DNA of 64,000 nucleotides from Pirellulales bacterium (GTDB lineage Bacteria > Planctomycetota > Planctomycetia > Pirellulales > JADZDJ01). A model generated the notes under the pieces. It was not told where the DNA came from. It made no database searches and saw nothing but the letters and a program-made list of their open reading frames with translations. Both the position numbers and the translations under genes were made by a program. Shown here piece after piece: positions 1-11,098 of the stretch. Location: assembly GCA_963773925.1 (NCBI GenBank), contig CAVZDC010000001.1, forward strand, positions 248,167 through 312,166, in the 5' to 3' direction. How positions within the stretch are numbered: the first letter of the stretch is position 1; every line of letters begins with the position of its first letter.

Positions 1-260
1 ACGATCAGATCGGGCTTTAGGCTTGCCAGCAATTCCGAATCGATCTCATAAAGCGCGGCGCCGGCCGAAAGCAACGACCGCACTGCACGATCGATCTCGC
101 CGCTGGCGGCCAACGAATTCACATTCGATCGACTGGCCCGCGGCAACCCGCGGCACTCCGGCGGCCAATCGCACTCATGGCTGACCGCCACCACCTGATC
201 GCCCAATCCCAGGGCAAACAGCATCTCAGTTCCGGCAGACATTAAAGAGACGATTCGCAT
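1..260 (-). CDS. ABC-type periplasmic substrate-binding protein (cobalamin/iron-siderophore BtuF/FecB-like), N-terminal fragment; gene runs off the window start
   Basis: Absent from the ORF track because it is cut by the window edge. Minus-strand translation from ATG at 260 reads MRIVSLMSAGTEMLFALGLGDQVVAVSHECDWPPECRGLPR..., the typical N-terminus of this binding-protein family (recognised by eye). Confidence 0.5.
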   Translation of the reverse strand, partial: MRIVSLMSAGTEMLFALGLGDQVVAVSHECDWPPECRGLPRASRSNVNSLAASGEIDRAVRSLLSAGAALYEIDSELLASLKPDLI

Positions 261-311
261 CGAAGTGCTTTCCAAAGGGGGGTGGGGGGGATGGCTTAGA
301 CTCTTAACTAT

Positions 312-341
312 TTGCTTTATCTTTCGCAGGCTATTTATAAT
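312..341 (+). promoter_or_regulatory. sigma70-type promoter candidate TTGCTT-N18-TATAAT upstream of the beta-helix gene
   Basis: TTGCTT at 312-317 and TATAAT at 336-341, about 75 nt upstream of ATG 417. Sequence match only. Confidence 0.3.
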
Positions 342-416
342 CCCCACCATCGCGGGGACGCGCTTAAAGGCCAGCTTACCAAGCCATTCAACCCTGATTA
401 CCAACCGGAGCCAGTA

Positions 417-3293
417 ATGTCGCGCCGCACGTCAGCATCTCGTTCCCATTCTTCGCGCAAAGCTGCCAATTGCAGACCTCGCCAGCGCATTCCCCTGGTG
501 CGCTATTTCGAAGCCCTCGAGTCGCGCCGTCTGTTAACGGTATTTCACCCGCTGGCCTCCGTCGCCGACGTCGCCGGCGGCGATCCCAACAGTTTGCGCC
601 CGCCATCATCGCCGCCAACAGCAACAACAAAAACGACACGATTCAACTTCAAGCCGCCACCTAATCACTGGCCGCCGCTAACTCCTCAGGCCAGGAAAAC
701 GCCGCCGTCGAAGGCGATCTCGATCTGACCAACGACAACGGCCACAGCATCACGATCGTCGGCAAAGGCGCCAACAAAACCTACATTGATGCCGCGGGGG
801 TCGATCGCGTGTTCCAAATCTTCTCCGGCGTCACCGTCACCTTCAAAAACCTGACTATCACCGGCGGGCTGGCGCAAGACGACGGCTCGCCTGGCGCTGT
901 CCGACACCACCGATGCTGAAGGCGGCGGCATTCTGAACTTCGGCGGAAAAGTTACGCTGCAAAATGTAGTCCTCACCGATAACTTCGCCCAGGGCGGTCT
1001 CGGGCCCGCGGCCGTGACCGACGGCAACAACGGCTTCGATGGCCTTGGCGGCGGCACTTATTCCGACGGCGGCTCGCTGACCATTCAAAACAGCACCTTC
1101 TCGTACAACCAAGTGCGCGGCGGTAACGGCGGTCCCAGCGGCGCACCTACCTTTGCCGTCGGCGGCGGCCAGGCCGCGGGCGGCGCGCTCGCAACCGACG
1201 GTGCTCCAACCCTCAAAATCAGCAATTCGAAATTCATTGGCAATCAAGCCCTCGGCGGCACAGGGGCGGCAGGAAATGGTGGCAACGGCGGCGATGGCGG
1301 CGATGCCTTCGGCGGCGCGTTGGGTATCGGCGTCGCATTGAACCTCACCAATTGCACGTTCTCGCAGAACCAGGCCATCGGCGGAGCGGCGGGAGATGGC
1401 GACGTCAACTCCACCGGGGGCAATGGCAGACTGGGCGGCGGCGCGGTCGGCGGAGCCATCTTTGCCGTCTCGATCCTCTCGCTCAACAATTCAACCTTGG
1501 TCCACAATAGCGCCACCGGTGGAAAAGGCGGCGACGGCGGCGACGGCGCCGTCGGCGGGTCTGGCGGCGGTGGCGGAGCCGCCGACGGAGGCGCCATGGC
1601 CGTGACCGGTAATTTCTCCGCGACAAAATCCACGCTCTCGTTTAATACAGTCACCGCCGGCGATGGTGGCGTGGGAGCTGGCGCCAGCGCCGGCGGCGGC
1701 AATGGAGGAAACGGAGGCATCGCCCTGGGTGGCGCACTGGAAGGCGAAGCCTCCATCACCCTCGCCAGGTGCAATCTCTGTTCGAACGATCTCACGGGAG
1801 GCAAAGGCGGCGATGGCGGCGGCGCCTACGGAAATCCTGGCTTCGGCGGCGCCGGCGGATCCGCCCAAGGCGGTGCAATCCACGACGGCTCGATCTCGAC
1901 CGTGACGCTGATCACCACGAACGTCTGCAAAAATACCGCCACCGGCGGCGACGGCGGCGCAGGCGGCAACGGCAATCTCGCTGGCGGAGTCGGCGCCACC
2001 GGCGGCGACGGCGGCTTTGTAGAAGGCGGTGGAATCGACGCTGGCGGTAGCGTCACACTCAATAAATCGTCAACCGTCTCGCAGAATGAACTCTCTGGCG
2101 GCAACGGCGGCAATGGCAACGAAAACGCGGCCGGCAAGGGGGGCAACGGCGGCTACGCCGATGGCGGCGGCTTGCTCGCGCAAAGCGACGCGACCGTGAT
2201 TAATTCCTGCGTCTTCGCCAATCTGGTTACCGGCGGCGCAGGGGCGCCGGCGGCAGCGGTGCGCCCGGCGGAGATGGCGGCGATGGCGGTGGCGCCTTCG
2301 ATGGCGGCGTGGGCGCCAATGACGCGATCCTCTTTAAAAAATCATGCGCCTTCAACAACATCGTCACGGCCGGAGGCGGCGGCAGCGGCGGAGATAGTTC
2401 CACCGGCGCCGCGGGCTCAGGCGGCGACGGCGGCGCGAACAGGCGCCGGCGGTGCTGGCGGCGACACTTCGCTGACAGCCACGAATTCCATCTTCCAAAG
2501 GAATTCTGTGACCGCCGGCAACGGCGGCCTGGGCGGCACCGGTGATTCCGCAGGCGGTAACGGCGGAACCGCGTACGGCGGCGGAATCGGCGCCGCTCAC
2601 GAGGTCCATCTCACTACGTGCGATGTCTCGAACAATTACCTCTACGCCGGCCAAGGCTCCTCCGGAGGTGCCGGCGATACAGGCGGCGCAGGCGGCAACG
2701 GCGGCGACGCTTTCGGCGGCGGCATCGAGTCGCCGACCTCGGTGACTCTGTCGCACACTACGGTGCTTTCGAACGTCGCCATCTGCGGCAATGGCTCCGT
2801 CGGCGGACTTGGCACTTCGGGCAACGGCGGCGCGGGCGGCAATGCCGGGCTTGTCCAAGGCGGCGGCGTTTACTCCACAGGACCCGTTTCGATCTTCCAC
2901 TCGAACGTGTCGAAAAATAAAGCTCTCGGCGCCAACGGCGCGGCCGGAGGCGGCGGCACCGTCAACGGCGGCGACGGCGGGGACGGCGGCGATGCCAACG
3001 GTGGCGGAATTTACACCGGCGATACGCTGACGATCCAACATTCCACCGTCTCTCACAATGCGGCCAATGGCGGACCGGGAGCGACTGGCGCCGACGGCGG
3101 CTCGCGCACTGGTGGAAACGGCGGCGACGGCGGCGATGGTTTGGGCGGCGCGGCCTACCACGTCGGGGCGGTGACCGTCACCGCGTCCAACATTTTCGGC
3201 AACACCTCCCTCGCTGCGGGCGGTGGGGCAGGTGGCTCCCCCGGCGGCGCTGGCGGCAACGGTGGCTTCGGCGATAGCGGCATTTACCCGTGA
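417..3293 (+). CDS. secreted Gly/Asn-rich parallel beta-helix repeat protein (Pmp-like GGAI / FxxN repeats); reading frame disrupted, possible pseudogene
   Basis: ATG 417 gives MSRRTSASRSHSSRK...RYFEALESRRLLTV. The sense reading runs through ORF-track pieces 312-728, 470-664 and 1014-3293: ...NSLR/PAIIAANSNNKNDTIQLQAAT*SLAAANSSGQENAAVEGDLDLTNDNG.... Frame changes lie near 597, 888, 2240 (GGGG run) and 2440, and there is an in-frame TAA at 662-664. Repeats of about 45 aa follow the pattern T(L/I)xNSTFxxNxAxGGxGGxGGxGGxAxGGAI. Confidence 0.6.
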
Positions 3294-3297
3294 CGAC

Positions 3298-3340
3298 GCC
3301 ACTCGCCTATTGACCACTAGCCACTAACCACCGGCCACTC
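3298..3340 (+). repeat. tandem heptamer tract (NNCCACT x5) directly after the beta-helix gene stop
   Basis: gccactc ... gaccact agccact aaccacc ggccact. I found no inverted partner nearby. Confidence 0.6.
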
Positions 3341-3374
3341 AATAATTGCTGCAGCCCTATCTAGGAGCGCGGCG

Positions 3375-4794
3375 ATGAAAATGTTTGTGGCCGGCCAGTG
3401 GCTCGACAAATCCGAGAAATCGGAAGTCCATAATCCGTACGACGGTTCGGTCGTCGATACCGTGCCCAAGGCTGACGCTAGCGACGTCGATCGGGCTCTG
3501 GCTGCGGCCGTGGAAGGGGCGCCGCCTCATGCGTGCCATGCCCGGCTATGAGCGGTTTCAAGTCTTAAGAAACGCCGCCGAGCTAATGCACGAGCGCAGC
3601 AGCGATCTGGCGCGCACCCTCAGCCTTGAAGAAGGCAAAACCATCCGCGAAGCCACTGCGGAAACGGCGCGGGCAATCGAAACTATGGAACTTTCCGCCG
3701 AAGAGGCCAAGCGCATCGGCGGCGAAGTGTTGCCGCTGGACGGCGCCTCCAACGGCGCAGGCAAATTCGGCTTCACGCTGCGCGTGCCCCGCGGCGTGGT
3801 CGTGGCCATCACGCCCTTCAACTTTCCACTCAATTTGCCATGCCACAAAATCGGCCCCGCGCTAGCCGCCGGCAACGCAGTCGTCTTCAAGCCTGCCAGC
3901 GATACGCCCCTCACCGGTTTGAAACTCGTCGAAATCCTGCTCGAAGCCGGTTTGCCGCCGCAGGCAATCAATTGCCTCACCGGCGCGGGCGGCGGATTGG
4001 GAGAAAAACTCTGCACCGATCCACGCGTGCGCAAAATCAGCTTCACCGGCAGCCGCGATGTCGGCGAAAAAATAATCAAGCTGGCCGGCATTAAGCGCGT
4101 TACCTTGGAACTGGGCTCCAACAGCCCGTTGGTCGTGCTCGACGACGCCGACCCCGAGAAGGCCGCCGCAGCCATCGCCGCCACCGGCTACGCGAATGCC
4201 GGCCAGGTGTGCATCTCCACTCAGCGCGTGCTCGCCGATCGTGCAATCTATGGCGACATCCTCGATGCTTTGAAACCAAAAGTGGAAGCACTGCATGTCG
4301 GCGATCAACTCAAGGAAGCAACAAAGCTGGGCCCCATGATACGTGAAGGCGACGCCAAGCGCGTCAACCAGTGGATCGAGGAAGCGGTGCAGGGGGGCGC
4401 ACGCCTCATAACCGGCGGCGGCCGTAAAGGCACCCATCACGAAGCCACGCTGCTGGCCGACGTCGATCCCAACATGCGCATCAGCCGCGACGAACTGTTC
4501 GGCCCAGCCGTGGCCGTCACCGCTTGCCGCGACGTGGACGAAGCTATCCGCCTGGCCAACGACACCAATTACGGCTTAAGCGCCGCCGTGTTCACCCAAG
4601 ATATCAACCGCGCCTTGCGCTTCTGCCGCGAAGTCGATAGCGGCAACCTGCACGTCAATTGGGGACCGCAGTGGCGCGCCGACTTAATGCCCTACGGCGG
4701 TCTGAAAGATAGCGGCTTGGGTAAGGAAGGTCCGCGCTATGCAATCGAAGAAATGACCGAGGTAAAGACGGTGGTCATCCACGGCATTTCGTAG
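3375..4794 (+). CDS. NAD(P)-dependent aldehyde dehydrogenase family protein (one frameshift near 3516-3525)
   Basis: ATG 3375 gives [49 protein letters not shown], then the frame slips at a GGGG run into ORF 3385-4794 (...[15 protein letters not shown]...). ALDH motifs present: [26 protein letters not shown]. Confidence 0.85.
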
Positions 4795-4831
4795 CGGCCC
4801 ATAGCAGATCATAGACGGCATCCGCCGCGAG

Positions 4832-6445
4832 TTAGCTTTTCTTCTCCGCGGGCGCAGTATTCTTTTGCTCCGATGACTTTGGCGGCTTACGCCCGCTGTG
4901 TTCCATTTCGAATTTCAGATCGACCATGTCTTGCAGCACAAAATTCTCGGGGAATTTCTGGCCGATTTTGCCAAGCAGTTTTTTGTACCGATCGATTTCA
5001 TCCACCAGGTCATCGGCCTCGATGATGCTGTCCGACAAGACATACGACGCATCCAGCACTTTGCGCCACTGGGCGAACGATTTCTCATAGAGATCGCGGG
5101 CTTCGAACAACTCGCCGTTATCGTAGGCTTGGCCCGCCTTGTATAGATATTCGCGTGCCGCGACGCAGGCGTCGGTCGGCTCGGATTTGCAGCGAGCGCT
5201 CCAATAATTGTAATTCACGATGTCGCGATAGGTGTCGATCGTGCCGATCTTCTCCTTCAAGTCGGCCAGATCGTCGGCTAGCTTTCGGGCCTCGGCGCGG
5301 TGCTCCGGCGGCGCAGCCAGCGCCACTTCCTGCCAATTCATCGCAAGTAATTTTTGCGCGGCTGAGGCTAGGTCTTCTTCTTCTCGTGTTCGCTTTTCCT
5401 TCGGCTTGTCCAATGCAGCGCGCTGCTGGTCGGTCAGCTTTGCCCGCATCTCTTGCCTGAGCTTTTCCTTTACGCCGGGGGCTAGCTTGTCAATTTGATT
5501 CTGGAGGTTTTCGCTTTGCTTGTGAAAATCCTCCAGATCGACCAGGCGCACCGTGTAGCCATAGGAAGTAAGCAAATCACGCTTGGTGTAATCGTCCCAT
5601 TCCCGGGCGGCGTTTTCCCACTCGGCCTTGGCGGTTTCGCCAAACGTGCCTTCATTCTCCAGCGTATCGGCGTAGTAAATCAGCGCCATCGCCGGTTCGG
5701 AATGAAACAACAACGGGCTGGGCGCACGCTCGCCGGGCTTGGTTTTGTGAGCCGACTGGCCTTCCAAATACACCCGCAACGGCTTGCCCGATTCCACCAG
5801 CTTCTGCGCCGCGACGTACCAGTCGTATCCCACCAGCCAGTTGTCGGTGTGGCGTTCGCCTTTGTCCTCCTGCAGCTTCTTGAACAACCGCCGATACTGC
5901 ACGTGCTCATCGGATCGGCCGATCTTGTTGCAGTAGAACCAGCCGATGCGGGCCAGAAAGCGCGGATCGGTGGCGTTGAACCTAGCGCCATCCTTGAAGA
6001 ACTCGATCCCCTTCATCACCCAATAAAAGCGATCGCGATAATCGTCGAACTCCACCGAAATGTTGTAGGAAAGGTTGTGCGCCTGGAAATCCCACACTGA
6101 AAAGAAGTTGGGCTGCAGCTTGGTAATTTGTTCCAGCACCGCCGAAAGACTGGTCCAATCCTCTTCCTTTTGATATTGGTGCGCACTGTTCCACAACAGT
6201 TGCACCGCCACGCCCCGCATGCCCAGCGTGGCCAGCTTGATGGTTTCGCTCGTGGGATCGATTTGCCCCAGCGTGGCCTGGCTCAACTGATATTGATCGC
6301 GCAGTTGCGCCAATTTCCCGCCGGGGGAACGATTCCCTTCGGCATCGATCGACGCCGGCTGGCTCAAAAGCGACAGCGGAATCCACAACGCCGCAATTGC
6401 CGCCAGATAACCCACTTTGCGATAAAAGCCGCGGCGTTCGCTCAT
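4832..6445 (-). CDS. hypothetical membrane-anchored protein with coiled-coil/TPR-like C-terminal half, last gene of the ABC operon
   Basis: Intact 537-aa ORF. N-terminal TM segment YLAAIAALWIPLSLL. Its start overlaps the permease stop by 4 bp (ATGA at 6442-6445). No family recognised. Confidence 0.6.
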   Translation of the reverse strand: MSERRGFYRKVGYLAAIAALWIPLSLLSQPASIDAEGNRSPGGKLAQLRDQYQLSQATLGQIDPTSETIKLATLGMRGVAVQLLWNSAHQYQKEEDWTSLSAVLEQITKLQPNFFSVWDFQAHNLSYNISVEFDDYRDRFYWVMKGIEFFKDGARFNATDPRFLARIGWFYCNKIGRSDEHVQYRRLFKKLQEDKGERHTDNWLVGYDWYVAAQKLVESGKPLRVYLEGQSAHKTKPGERAPSPLLFHSEPAMALIYYADTLENEGTFGETAKAEWENAAREWDDYTKRDLLTSYGYTVRLVDLEDFHKQSENLQNQIDKLAPGVKEKLRQEMRAKLTDQQRAALDKPKEKRTREEEDLASAAQKLLAMNWQEVALAAPPEHRAEARKLADDLADLKEKIGTIDTYRDIVNYNYWSARCKSEPTDACVAAREYLYKAGQAYDNGELFEARDLYEKSFAQWRKVLDASYVLSDSIIEADDLVDEIDRYKKLLGKIGQKFPENFVLQDMVDLKFEMEHSGRKPPKSSEQKNTAPAEKKS

Positions 6446-8318
6446 TTAGCCACCTCGCGCATCCGCAAGAACATAAACCCGGCCAGAAACGCGGCCAGCA
6501 GATAGCCCGCCATCCGCGTGGCCTGTTCCAGCACCAAATCGCCCGGCACATTAAATCCGCTGGATACGAAATTGACGTTGCTAAACGTGCCAAAATCGGG
6601 CAGCAAGTTCGTCCACGCGTCGATAATCCGCATCGCCACCTTGTCGATCCAATACACCACTTCGATGCCCAGGCTGTCTTCGTACGGCACCGTGATCGTC
6701 TTCTGCGTAACCAGGCGAATGAACGCTTCGACGGGGCCGCCGCCGGGCATCAACCGCCGATTGTTTTCGATCACGCCCTGGAACAAATCGCTCACAAAAC
6801 CGGTGAAGTAGCCCATGATCATGCAGCCCATGGTCGCCAACATCGCCACGCGCCGGAAAGAAACGTGCTCAGCATCACGCCCAGCGCGATCACCAACACC
6901 ATCTGAAACCAAATGCCCAGGTAGCCTTTGGCAAAGTTGAGGATGAAGGGCGCATCGCCCGCGCGGATGTACAAGTCGGCCGGCGCCATGCCGATGTATT
7001 GCGCCGGCTCCAGGCACGTCAGCACCACTTCAATCTTCCCATCGTGCACCAGGTCTTTGAACAAATCGATCTTCGCGTCACCTTCGGCGGCGCCTTTCTT
7101 ATCCAACTTGCGCTTGATGAATTGGCTGTCGATCGAAGCATCTTTGATCGGAAAAATCAGCGGCGCGCTTTCCAGCTTCGTCTCTGGGTTCCGCAGCACC
7201 AGGCTGCCGGTAATCAGCCGTTCGATGTTCCCCTTGTACGTGCGGAACACGCGAATGGTCATTTCCAACGGCAAACCGCGCCGCTCGGGCGGCTGGTCGG
7301 GAAACATCGCGTCTTCGTCGATGTTGTCGAACGTCCAAATGGCTGCGCCCAGCGAGCCGCCTTCCACGAATTCGCGATACGTCGATTCTTTGCCGACGTT
7401 AATTCCCCCCAGCTTCCCGCGCCCTTGCCGCTCCCCTTTCTGGCTCGGCTGTCCGTCGCGGTCCAAAAATCGCAAATCGCCGTAAATCGGCACCCGGGCC
7501 ACCAGCATCTCTTCCGGCAAGCCCACCGTGAATCGCATTTTGCCGTCGGGGCCCTTTTCGGCGGTGATCCGATGCCGATGACCGTTTTTGAAATCGGTCT
7601 CCAGCGTGCCGTCGGCATTCAAAATCACGTCGTGCTGATGGTTCTGCCCCATCCGCGTGACGCCAATCTTCCCAGGCTTGCCCGAGTTGAACGCCGTCAT
7701 GTTTATATCTTCCACGCGCACTTCGTGCGTGTGGTCCAGCGAGCGCACCACAAACACGTAACTGCACACGGCCATCACCGCCAGCAATCCGGTGCCGATC
7801 AGCGTGAACCCCAAAATGCGCCCCAAAATAATTTCGCCCGCGCGCACCGGCTTGGTCACCACGGTGTGAATGGTGCGGTTCTTGATATCGGCCGGCAGAC
7901 TGAATGCGCTGATGAACAATGCCAACAGCACGATCAGGTACGTCGTCCACGACAGCACGAACGTCAAATACAATGGCCCCGGCGCAGGCGTGCGCGGATC
8001 GAGGAACCATCCGGCAAACATCAAGATGATCCCGAACGCAATTAGGGCCACCCACACGCGCCGCCGCATGGCTTCCTGCACCGCCAACCGCGTCAGCGCC
8101 CAAATCCGCCGCGGCGACATTTGCACCAAGTCCAGGGCCGACCCGACCACCGTGCGATACATCAAATCGCCTGCCGCCAGCGGACCATAGCGGAACGCCG
8201 AGATCAGAAATCCGATGATCGCCGCCGCCAGCAGCACGAAGAAGGCCGCTTCCCCATAGTGGCGCAGCGCCTCGGGAAGCCAGACGGAATACGGTTGAAT
8301 TGTCTGTTCCAGAACCAT
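6442..8318 (-). CDS. ABC transporter permease with large extracytoplasmic insert (one frameshift near 6850)
   Basis: ORFs 6819-8318 and 6442-7017 join as ...GVMLSTFLSG/VAMLATMGCMIMGYFTGFV.... Multiple TM segments flank an insert of about 270 aa. Sits directly downstream of the ATPase gene. Confidence 0.7.
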
Positions 8319-8374
8319 GCTTCGAGAATGTCGGCCAAGGTCGGCCGGTGGATGAACCAGTTCCTGCTATTCAA

Positions 8375-9311
8375 TCATCTTGATTCAACGTTCGCGCGCC
8401 GCCCGGGCCGGGCCTCGCTGTCGCGCACAATCGACAGGAACAGTTCTTCCAGCGTCGTCGTCGGATTTTCGATGCTCTGCACTTGGCCGTTGTGTCGTTC
8501 GATGGTGGCGCGGATTTCATCCTGGCATTGCTGGCTCAACTTGGTAGCGCGAATTTGCGTCACGTCGCGCAGCTTCAGCAGGCTGTCCACCCGGCCCAGC
8601 TCCTTCAATTCGCCCTGATGCAAAATGGCGATGCGGTCGCACACGTCTTGCACGTCGGCCAGCAGGTGGCTGCACATCACGATCGTCTTTCCCTCGGCCT
8701 TCAATTTCAAAATCAAATCTTTCATCTCCCGAGTGCCAATCGGGTCCAAGCCGCTGGTCGGCTCATCGAGCAAAATCAGTTCGGGATTGTTGATCAGCGC
8801 CTGCGCCAATCCCAGGCGGCGCGCCATGCCTTTGGAATACTCGCGCATCTGCCGCCGGCGAGCCCAACCCAACCCGACCATGTCGATCAGCGCTTCGGCG
8901 CGCTGATGGCGCACCGCGGCAGGCATGTCGAACAGTCGGCCGTAGAAATCGAGCGTCTCTTCCGCGTTCAGAAACCGGTACAGATACGTTTCTTCGGGCA
9001 GGTAGCCGATGCGTTCGTTCTTCTTCACCTCCGTGGCGTCTTTGCCCAGCACCATGGCACGGCCGGTGGTCGGAAACAACAAGCCCAACAGCAATTTGAT
9101 GGTGGTCGATTTGCCCGAACCGTTCGGCCCCAGCAAGCCGAAGATTTCGCCGCGATAGATCGTCAGGTCCAATGCCTTCAGTGCGCCGAACCTTCTGGCG
9201 GCCCCAAAAATCGCGATAGGTTTTGGAAAGATTTCGCGTTTCGATGACCGGTTCGTTGGCCGTCGAGGCCACGGGTTTGGCGGGGGGCATCGGGGCCGTC
9301 TCGGTCGACAT
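8375..9311 (-). CDS. ABC transporter ATP-binding protein (one frameshift near 9190)
   Basis: Walker [10 protein letters not shown], signature YSKGMARRL, Walker B LILLDEP. The N-terminus [41 protein letters not shown] lies in ORF 8763-9362 and joins ...[16 protein letters not shown]. Confidence 0.85.
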
Positions 9312-9673
9312 GAGATAAATCCCTAGAAGCGGTGCTTGTAAAGGCTGTACGTTCCAAACCAATAGCTACGTGCCGAAACCCCCTGGAACCGAGTTCGCGG
9401 CGCAGCAGCGAGCGCCGCGGTCGTCAGAAAAGCACCCGGTTTTTTTACGGCGGGCGCTCGGCAAGGGTTCGCCATCTGATCCGGCGGCATGCAATCCAAA
9501 CATGCACTATACGATGCACTTACGGAGCCTTTCAAGGAACCTTCAGATCCTCCGCAACAACGAATTGATTTGACTCGGAAAATCTGGGCGAATTGGCTTA
9601 AAACCCCCCCTGCTAAAGACTTCGGCAAGCCCGGCCCTGCGACAAACAACAACCGCAGCGATAGACTGACACC

Positions 9674-11098
9674 ATGTCCGCTCAAGCCACAAAACATGCA
9701 TCCCACCAGGCGCTGGAATTCCTCTACAGCCGCATCGATTACGAGCGCGCCGCCATCACTTCCTACCACGAATGGGAATTCCGTCTCGGCCGCATGCGCG
9801 AACTCCTGGCGCGGCTGGGAAATCCGCAAGCGAAACTGCGCATTGTCCACGTCGCCGGCACCAAGGGAAAAGGCTCCGCGTCGGCCATGATCGCCGCCAT
9901 ACTTTCGGCCGCCGGCCATCGCACCGGTCTGTTCACTTCGCCGCATTTGGATCGCTTGGAAGAGCGGATCGCAATCGACGGCCAGCCCTGCTCACCCGCC
10001 GATTTGATTGCGCTGCTGCAGCAGGTGCGGCCCACCGTCGAGCAGATGGATGCGGAATCGTCGCATCACACCCCGGGCGACTGGGGACCGACTTATTTCG
10101 AAATCATCACCGCCATGGCATTTTTGCAGTTCGCGGCGGCGCCGACCGACATCGCGGTGATCGAAGTTGGCATGGGCGGCCGGCTCGATAGCACCAACGT
10201 TTGCAACCCGCTGGTTTCGGTCATCACCAGCATCAGCTTCGATCACACCAGGCAGTTGGGAAATTCGCTGGCCGCCATTGCCGGCGAAAAGGCGGGCATC
10301 ATCAAGCCGGGCGTGCCGGGCGTCAGTGGAGTGACCGACGACGAACCCCGCCGCGTCATCCAGCAGATCGCGCACGACAACAACAGCCCTCTCGTGCAAC
10401 TGGGCATCGACTTCGACTTCAAATACCATCCGTCGCGCACGGCACACGCCCAGATGGATTTCGAATATCGTGCCGCCGGCCGCCAGCAACATCTGGAGCA
10501 CGTCGAACTGGGCTTACTAGGACGCCATCAAGCGGCCAATGCGGCCGTCGCACTGGCGGTGCTGGCCGAACTGCGCGCCCAAGGGCGGCGAATTCCCGAA
10601 GCCACTGTTCGCCGCGGCCTGGCCGAAGTGCACCTTCCCGCCCGAGTGGAAGTTATCGCGCGGCATCCTACCATCGTGATCGACGCCGCGCACAACATCG
10701 CCTCTATCGACGCACTGCTGGAAACACTCGACGAAAGTTTTGAATCCACTCGCAGGCTGCTCGTCTTCGCCGGCACGCAAGAGAAAGATGTGCGCGGCAT
10801 GCTGCGGCGGTTGCTGCCGCGGTTTGACGAGGTAATTCTCACTCGCTACTTGAACAATCCGCGGGCGGACGATGTTCAAGAGCTCGAGTCGCTCGCGGCC
10901 GAAATTGCCCCAATTCCCAGGCACGTTTGCCCCAATCCCGCGGCAGCTTGGGAACTGGCCCGACAGTTGGCCACGCCGGAGCATCTCGTTTGCGTCACAG
11001 GATCCTTCTTCCTGGCCGCCGAAATGCGCTCGCAAATTATCCACTTGCCGCCGCGCCGCGCTCACGGCCCGCCGCCTGCTGCCCGCTGCTTGCCCTGA
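9674..11098 (+). CDS. folC: bifunctional folylpolyglutamate synthase / dihydrofolate synthase
   Basis: Intact 474-aa ORF with the Mur-ligase P-loop HVAGTKGKGS and FolC-like sequence throughout. The last ~60 nt overlap the convergent ctp gene, so the C-terminal tail may be read-through. Confidence 0.85.
   Translation: MSAQATKHASHQALEFLYSRIDYERAAITSYHEWEFRLGRMRELLARLGNPQAKLRIVHVAGTKGKGSASAMIAAILSAAGHRTGLFTSPHLDRLEERIAIDGQPCSPADLIALLQQVRPTVEQMDAESSHHTPGDWGPTYFEIITAMAFLQFAAAPTDIAVIEVGMGGRLDSTNVCNPLVSVITSISFDHTRQLGNSLAAIAGEKAGIIKPGVPGVSGVTDDEPRRVIQQIAHDNNSPLVQLGIDFDFKYHPSRTAHAQMDFEYRAAGRQQHLEHVELGLLGRHQAANAAVALAVLAELRAQGRRIPEATVRRGLAEVHLPARVEVIARHPTIVIDAAHNIASIDALLETLDESFESTRRLLVFAGTQEKDVRGMLRRLLPRFDEVILTRYLNNPRADDVQELESLAAEIAPIPRHVCPNPAAAWELARQLATPEHLVCVTGSFFLAAEMRSQIIHLPPRRAHGPPPAARCLP

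Noticed and set aside
1244-3317. Long minus-strand ORFs (1244-1804, 1826-2146, 2364-3317 and others) encoding Pro/Ala-rich proteins
   Set aside because: They are the antisense mirror of the GGC-rich coding repeats of the beta-helix gene (GGC/GCC symmetry). They have no independent start context or family resemblance.
9323-9946. 207-aa minus-strand ORF across the ABC/folC divergent spacer and antisense to the folC start
   Set aside because: It overlaps the well-supported folC N-terminus in antisense. The sequence is Arg/Gly-rich and low-complexity, typical of GC-rich off-frame ORFs.
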